The position numbers and the translations under genes are program-made. Below the pieces are notes generated by a model. It made no database searches. It was not told the DNA's origin and saw only the letters and a list, made by a program, of their open reading frames with translations. A DNA stretch of 57,145 bases from a virus (lineage: Duplodnaviria > Caudoviricetes): the IMG/VR virus record IMGVR_UViG_3300021085_000037, positions 1 to 57,145 of that record, one strand, 5' to 3'. Shown piece after piece: positions 54,714-57,145 of this stretch. The stretch's first letter is position 1. Each line of letters starts with the position of its first letter.

Positions 54714-56363
54714 CTAAGCTCTTTTATGTGTTACGATTGCATTGGTAGTTAAGATAGTTGTAGCTACACTAATAGCATTAAGCAATGCACTCTTAGTAAC
54801 CTTAGCTGGATCAATGATCCCCATCTCAAACATATCTCCATACTCTTTCTTTACAACATCATAACCTTTATTGTTTACTGGTTGCTCAGGCTCGTCATCA
54901 ACTGTACCTAACATCTCAGGAGTATATATCTCTGACATTATTTCCTTTTCATCCAGTCCAGCATTCTTTAGTATTTGTTGTAGAGGTGCTCTCAATGCTT
55001 CACGCATCATCATCTCAGCAACCATATCCTCATCAATATGTTCATGAGAGTTATCTTCACAACTACATCCGAAGTGTCTTGCAAAATCATATAACAATAA
55101 TCCACCACCAGGAACAATACCTTCCTGTAGTGCGGAACGCACTGCACAGACAGAGTCATCGACTCTGTCGAATTTTTCTTTCTGCTCTATATCAGATGTA
55201 GCACCTACATAGATACAACCAATCCCTCCAACTAAAGAAGCTATTCTCTCATTGATAAAGTCTTTCTCATGTTTAGCTGATGTATTTTCTTGTTGAACTC
55301 GTAGCTCCGCTACTCTCTTTTGAGTTTCCTCAGTTACATCTCCATCTTTAATTATAACAGTATTGTCTTTACCTACAATAATTTTATCTGCATGTCCAAG
55401 ATCTGCTGGAGTAATAATAGATAAATCATCTCCAGTCTTTTCAGAAAAGTATTTAGCTCCAGTTGCAAAAGCAATATCTTGCATTAACTCATGAGTCTTA
55501 TATCCAAATGATGGAGGTAAGATATTACAAAACTTTAATCCATTACGAGCTACGTTAGCTGCAAGAGTATTAATAACATTACCAGAACATGTTCCTATGA
55601 TAAGTAACTTCTCTCCTGAATTGATTATTGGTTTAAGTATATTCTCAATCTGAAGTATATTATTAATCTCAGTATCGCATACTAAGATATTTACATCATC
55701 CATGATGCACTCATCTTTTCTTTGATCATTAATAAACAAAGGAGAAGTATAACCTCTATCAACTCTAATACCATTGGTAACCTCTGAATAAGTCTTATCA
55801 GTTTGAGATCTCTCAACTGTAACAAGTCCATCTTTACCAACCTTCTTATATGCGTCAGCAATTATCTCTCCAAGATCATAGTCGTTGTTAGCACTAATAG
55901 AAGCAATATGATATAACATATTATCAGTAACATCGATGGATCTTTCTTTAATGTTTTTAAGAATAACTTCACTATCATATCTAATTCCGTTTATTACTTC
56001 GAAGACATTGTGATATGGTTTGATCCATTTAAGTCCAGCTTGAACAATAGCTTCTGTTAATACAATTGCAGTGGTAGTTCCGTCACCAGCTACATTAGCT
56101 GTTTTCTCCGATGCTTGTTTAAGCATACGAACAGCAAGGTTCTCAATTGGATCATCAAGATGAATTGACTTAGCTACAGTAACTCCATCTTTAGTTACCG
56201 TTAATCCTTGTAGGTGTTCGGTTGATTCTATAAGTACTGTCTGTCCCCTTGGGCCTAATGTACTCTTTACTGCTTTTGAAATTTTAGTGATTCCGCTGAT
56301 TAGCTTCTCACGAGCCTCGCTATCGAAAGTAAGGTCTTTTGGAATGTATCCCTGTTTATCCAT
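54714..56363 (-). CDS. groEL: Chaperonin GroEL (Cpn60), phage-type
   Basis: TLGPRG, VTKDGVTVAK, AGDGTTTA, ISANND, GIVPGGG and GIIDPAKVT motifs; likely start MDKQG at 56363; no GGM tail. Confidence 0.93.
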   Translation of the reverse strand: MDKQGYIPKDLTFDSEAREKLISGITKISKAVKSTLGPRGQTVLIESTEHLQGLTVTKDGVTVAKSIHLDDPIENLAVRMLKQASEKTANVAGDGTTTAIVLTEAIVQAGLKWIKPYHNVFEVINGIRYDSEVILKNIKERSIDVTDNMLYHIASISANNDYDLGEIIADAYKKVGKDGLVTVERSQTDKTYSEVTNGIRVDRGYTSPLFINDQRKDECIMDDVNILVCDTEINNILQIENILKPIINSGEKLLIIGTCSGNVINTLAANVARNGLKFCNILPPSFGYKTHELMQDIAFATGAKYFSEKTGDDLSIITPADLGHADKIIVGKDNTVIIKDGDVTEETQKRVAELRVQQENTSAKHEKDFINERIASLVGGIGCIYVGATSDIEQKEKFDRVDDSVCAVRSALQEGIVPGGGLLLYDFARHFGCSCEDNSHEHIDEDMVAEMMMREALRAPLQQILKNAGLDEKEIMSEIYTPEMLGTVDDEPEQPVNNKGYDVVKKEYGDMFEMGIIDPAKVTKSALLNAISVATTILTTNAIVTHKRA

Positions 56364-56419
56364 TGATGTTAAATTTAAATTAAAGTATATTGTTTGGCAA
56401 AGATATAAAAAAAAATATA

Positions 56420-56617
56420 ATGTCAATATGTCGATGGTATTTTATATTTAACTCTTATAGTACTCTATTTCTTTTTATTATTTTTCTTTTAATAAATATT
56501 AGATTTTGTTGACATATCGACATAAAAAAGTATAAGTATAAGTAAATCAATAAGTTACAAGAAAATGCTTTGACATAAAATCGACATAGATTTTAAAGTA
56601 TATTAAAAAGTCGACAT
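56420..56617. repeat. Cluster of ATGTCRA / TYGACAT repeats in an AT-rich intergenic region
   Basis: ATGTCAATATGTCGA at 56420-56434; inverted TTGACATATCGACAT at 56509-56523; further TTGACAT 56570, TCGACAT 56581 and TCGACAT 56611. Confidence 0.75.
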
Positions 56618-56677
56618 AAAAAAAAGAGCTAACTATAAAAGTCAACTCCTTTTCACAACAGAACAAATGGGATTCTT

Positions 56678-56878
56678 TTAAAACTTAAATATCTTTTTGT
56701 GTTCCTTACGCATCTCAGCTCTTTCAATACCGTCAGCGATTTTATCTATTTCATACTGCTTCTTCATTTGGTTCCTATACATTGAAGCCTGTTGTATACC
56801 TGTCATACCAGCGGGACGATCATTAATCAATCTTCCGTTTCTAACTGATAAGCCATCCATGTCTGCGAACTTTTTCAT
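56678..56878 (-). CDS. Hypothetical protein (66 aa)
   Basis: GL.V.NGRLIN.RP..MTGI; co-oriented with the late arm. Confidence 0.65.
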   Translation of the reverse strand: MKKFADMDGLSVRNGRLINDRPAGMTGIQQASMYRNQMKKQYEIDKIADGIERAEMRKEHKKIFKF

Positions 56879-56884
56879 ATCTAT

Positions 56885-57028
56885 TTATTTTTTAGTTTTC
56901 TTTTTTGAGGCATTAACTGTTTGTTTAAAACTTTTATTAACTGTTTTCTTATAAGCATCAAACTGACTTACCGATAAAGGTGTTCTCATGTTTCGTTTAC
57001 TTACTCTTGTTGTTTTAGGATCTGGCAT
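56885..57028 (-). CDS. Small basic protein (47 aa, not in ORF track)
   Basis: Hand translation MPDPKTTRVSKRNMRTPLSVSQFDAYKKTVNKSFKQTVNASKKKTKK*; 15 nt downstream of a TATCTTTG element. Confidence 0.6.
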   Translation of the reverse strand: MPDPKTTRVSKRNMRTPLSVSQFDAYKKTVNKSFKQTVNASKKKTKK

Positions 57029-57145
57029 CTGTTTTATTTTTTACAAAGATATAAAAATTTTTTAGATGTATCGGGGTTGAGGGTTCCCCCCCATAATACA
57101 CTTCACGCATCGTTCACCAAACGAAAAAAAAAATGCACCCCACCA

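Larger units (their letters stand above)
22975..57051 (-). promoter_or_regulatory. Recurrent intergenic TATCTTTG (-7-type) promoter elements of the late arm
   Basis: CAAAGATA on + begins at 22975, 31432, 32586, 45545, 49715, 51285, 53253, 53924, 56398 and 57044; variant CAAAGTTA at 36042. Each lies 5-35 nt upstream of a - strand start codon. Confidence 0.75.

Noticed and set aside
54714-56426. Extended GroEL start at 56426 (similarly 53934, 51236 and 32341 for other ORFs)
   Set aside because: The extensions run through promoter elements or upstream genes, so the downstream ATGs at 56363, 53901, 51206 and 32278 fit better.
56618-56655. Terminator downstream of 56678-56878
   Set aside because: An A-run is present, but the stem GAGCTAACT/AGTCAACTC has several mismatches and is too weak to call.
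56420-56660. Canonical DnaA boxes or a CIRCE element upstream of groEL
   Set aside because: No perfect TTWTNCACA or TTAGCACTC-N9-GAGTGCTAA was found by eye; the repeats present are a different motif.
1-57145. Prophage or host chromosomal origin suggested by groEL/groES and the tRNA
   Set aside because: No integrase, att site or host housekeeping synteny was seen, and the chaperonins are embedded among phage late genes with the same promoter motif.

Overview
The window is a large part of an AT-rich, apparently lytic tailed-phage genome with a probable Bacteroidota (Flavobacteriia-like) host. The host call rests on repeated TAnnTTTG promoter elements and A-rich leaders without Shine-Dalgarno sites. 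The + strand arm (1-11259) carries early and replication genes: two DnaA domain-IV-like proteins, a Sak-like annealing protein, a PD-(D/E)xK exonuclease, an SSB-like protein, a primase-helicase, an SF2 helicase, a VRR-NUC nuclease, an HNH nuclease and tRNA-Arg(UCU). The - strand arm (11240-57028) carries GroEL/GroES, a cluster of very basic small proteins, an M15 endolysin and holin, two tail-fibre cassettes, terminase, portal, capsid, podovirus/crAss-type tail proteins and a 2763-aa virion protein. No DNA polymerase, RNA polymerase, integrase, reverse transcriptase or CRISPR array was recognised. The most notable non-annotated signals are a complete type I hammerhead ribozyme at 576-699, two distant intergenic loci sharing an inverted ATGTCRAT iteron-like architecture, repeated ERxQ linkers after an HExxH domain in the giant protein, and the basic micro-protein cluster. 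All protein calls come from motif recognition by eye; no database searches were run.
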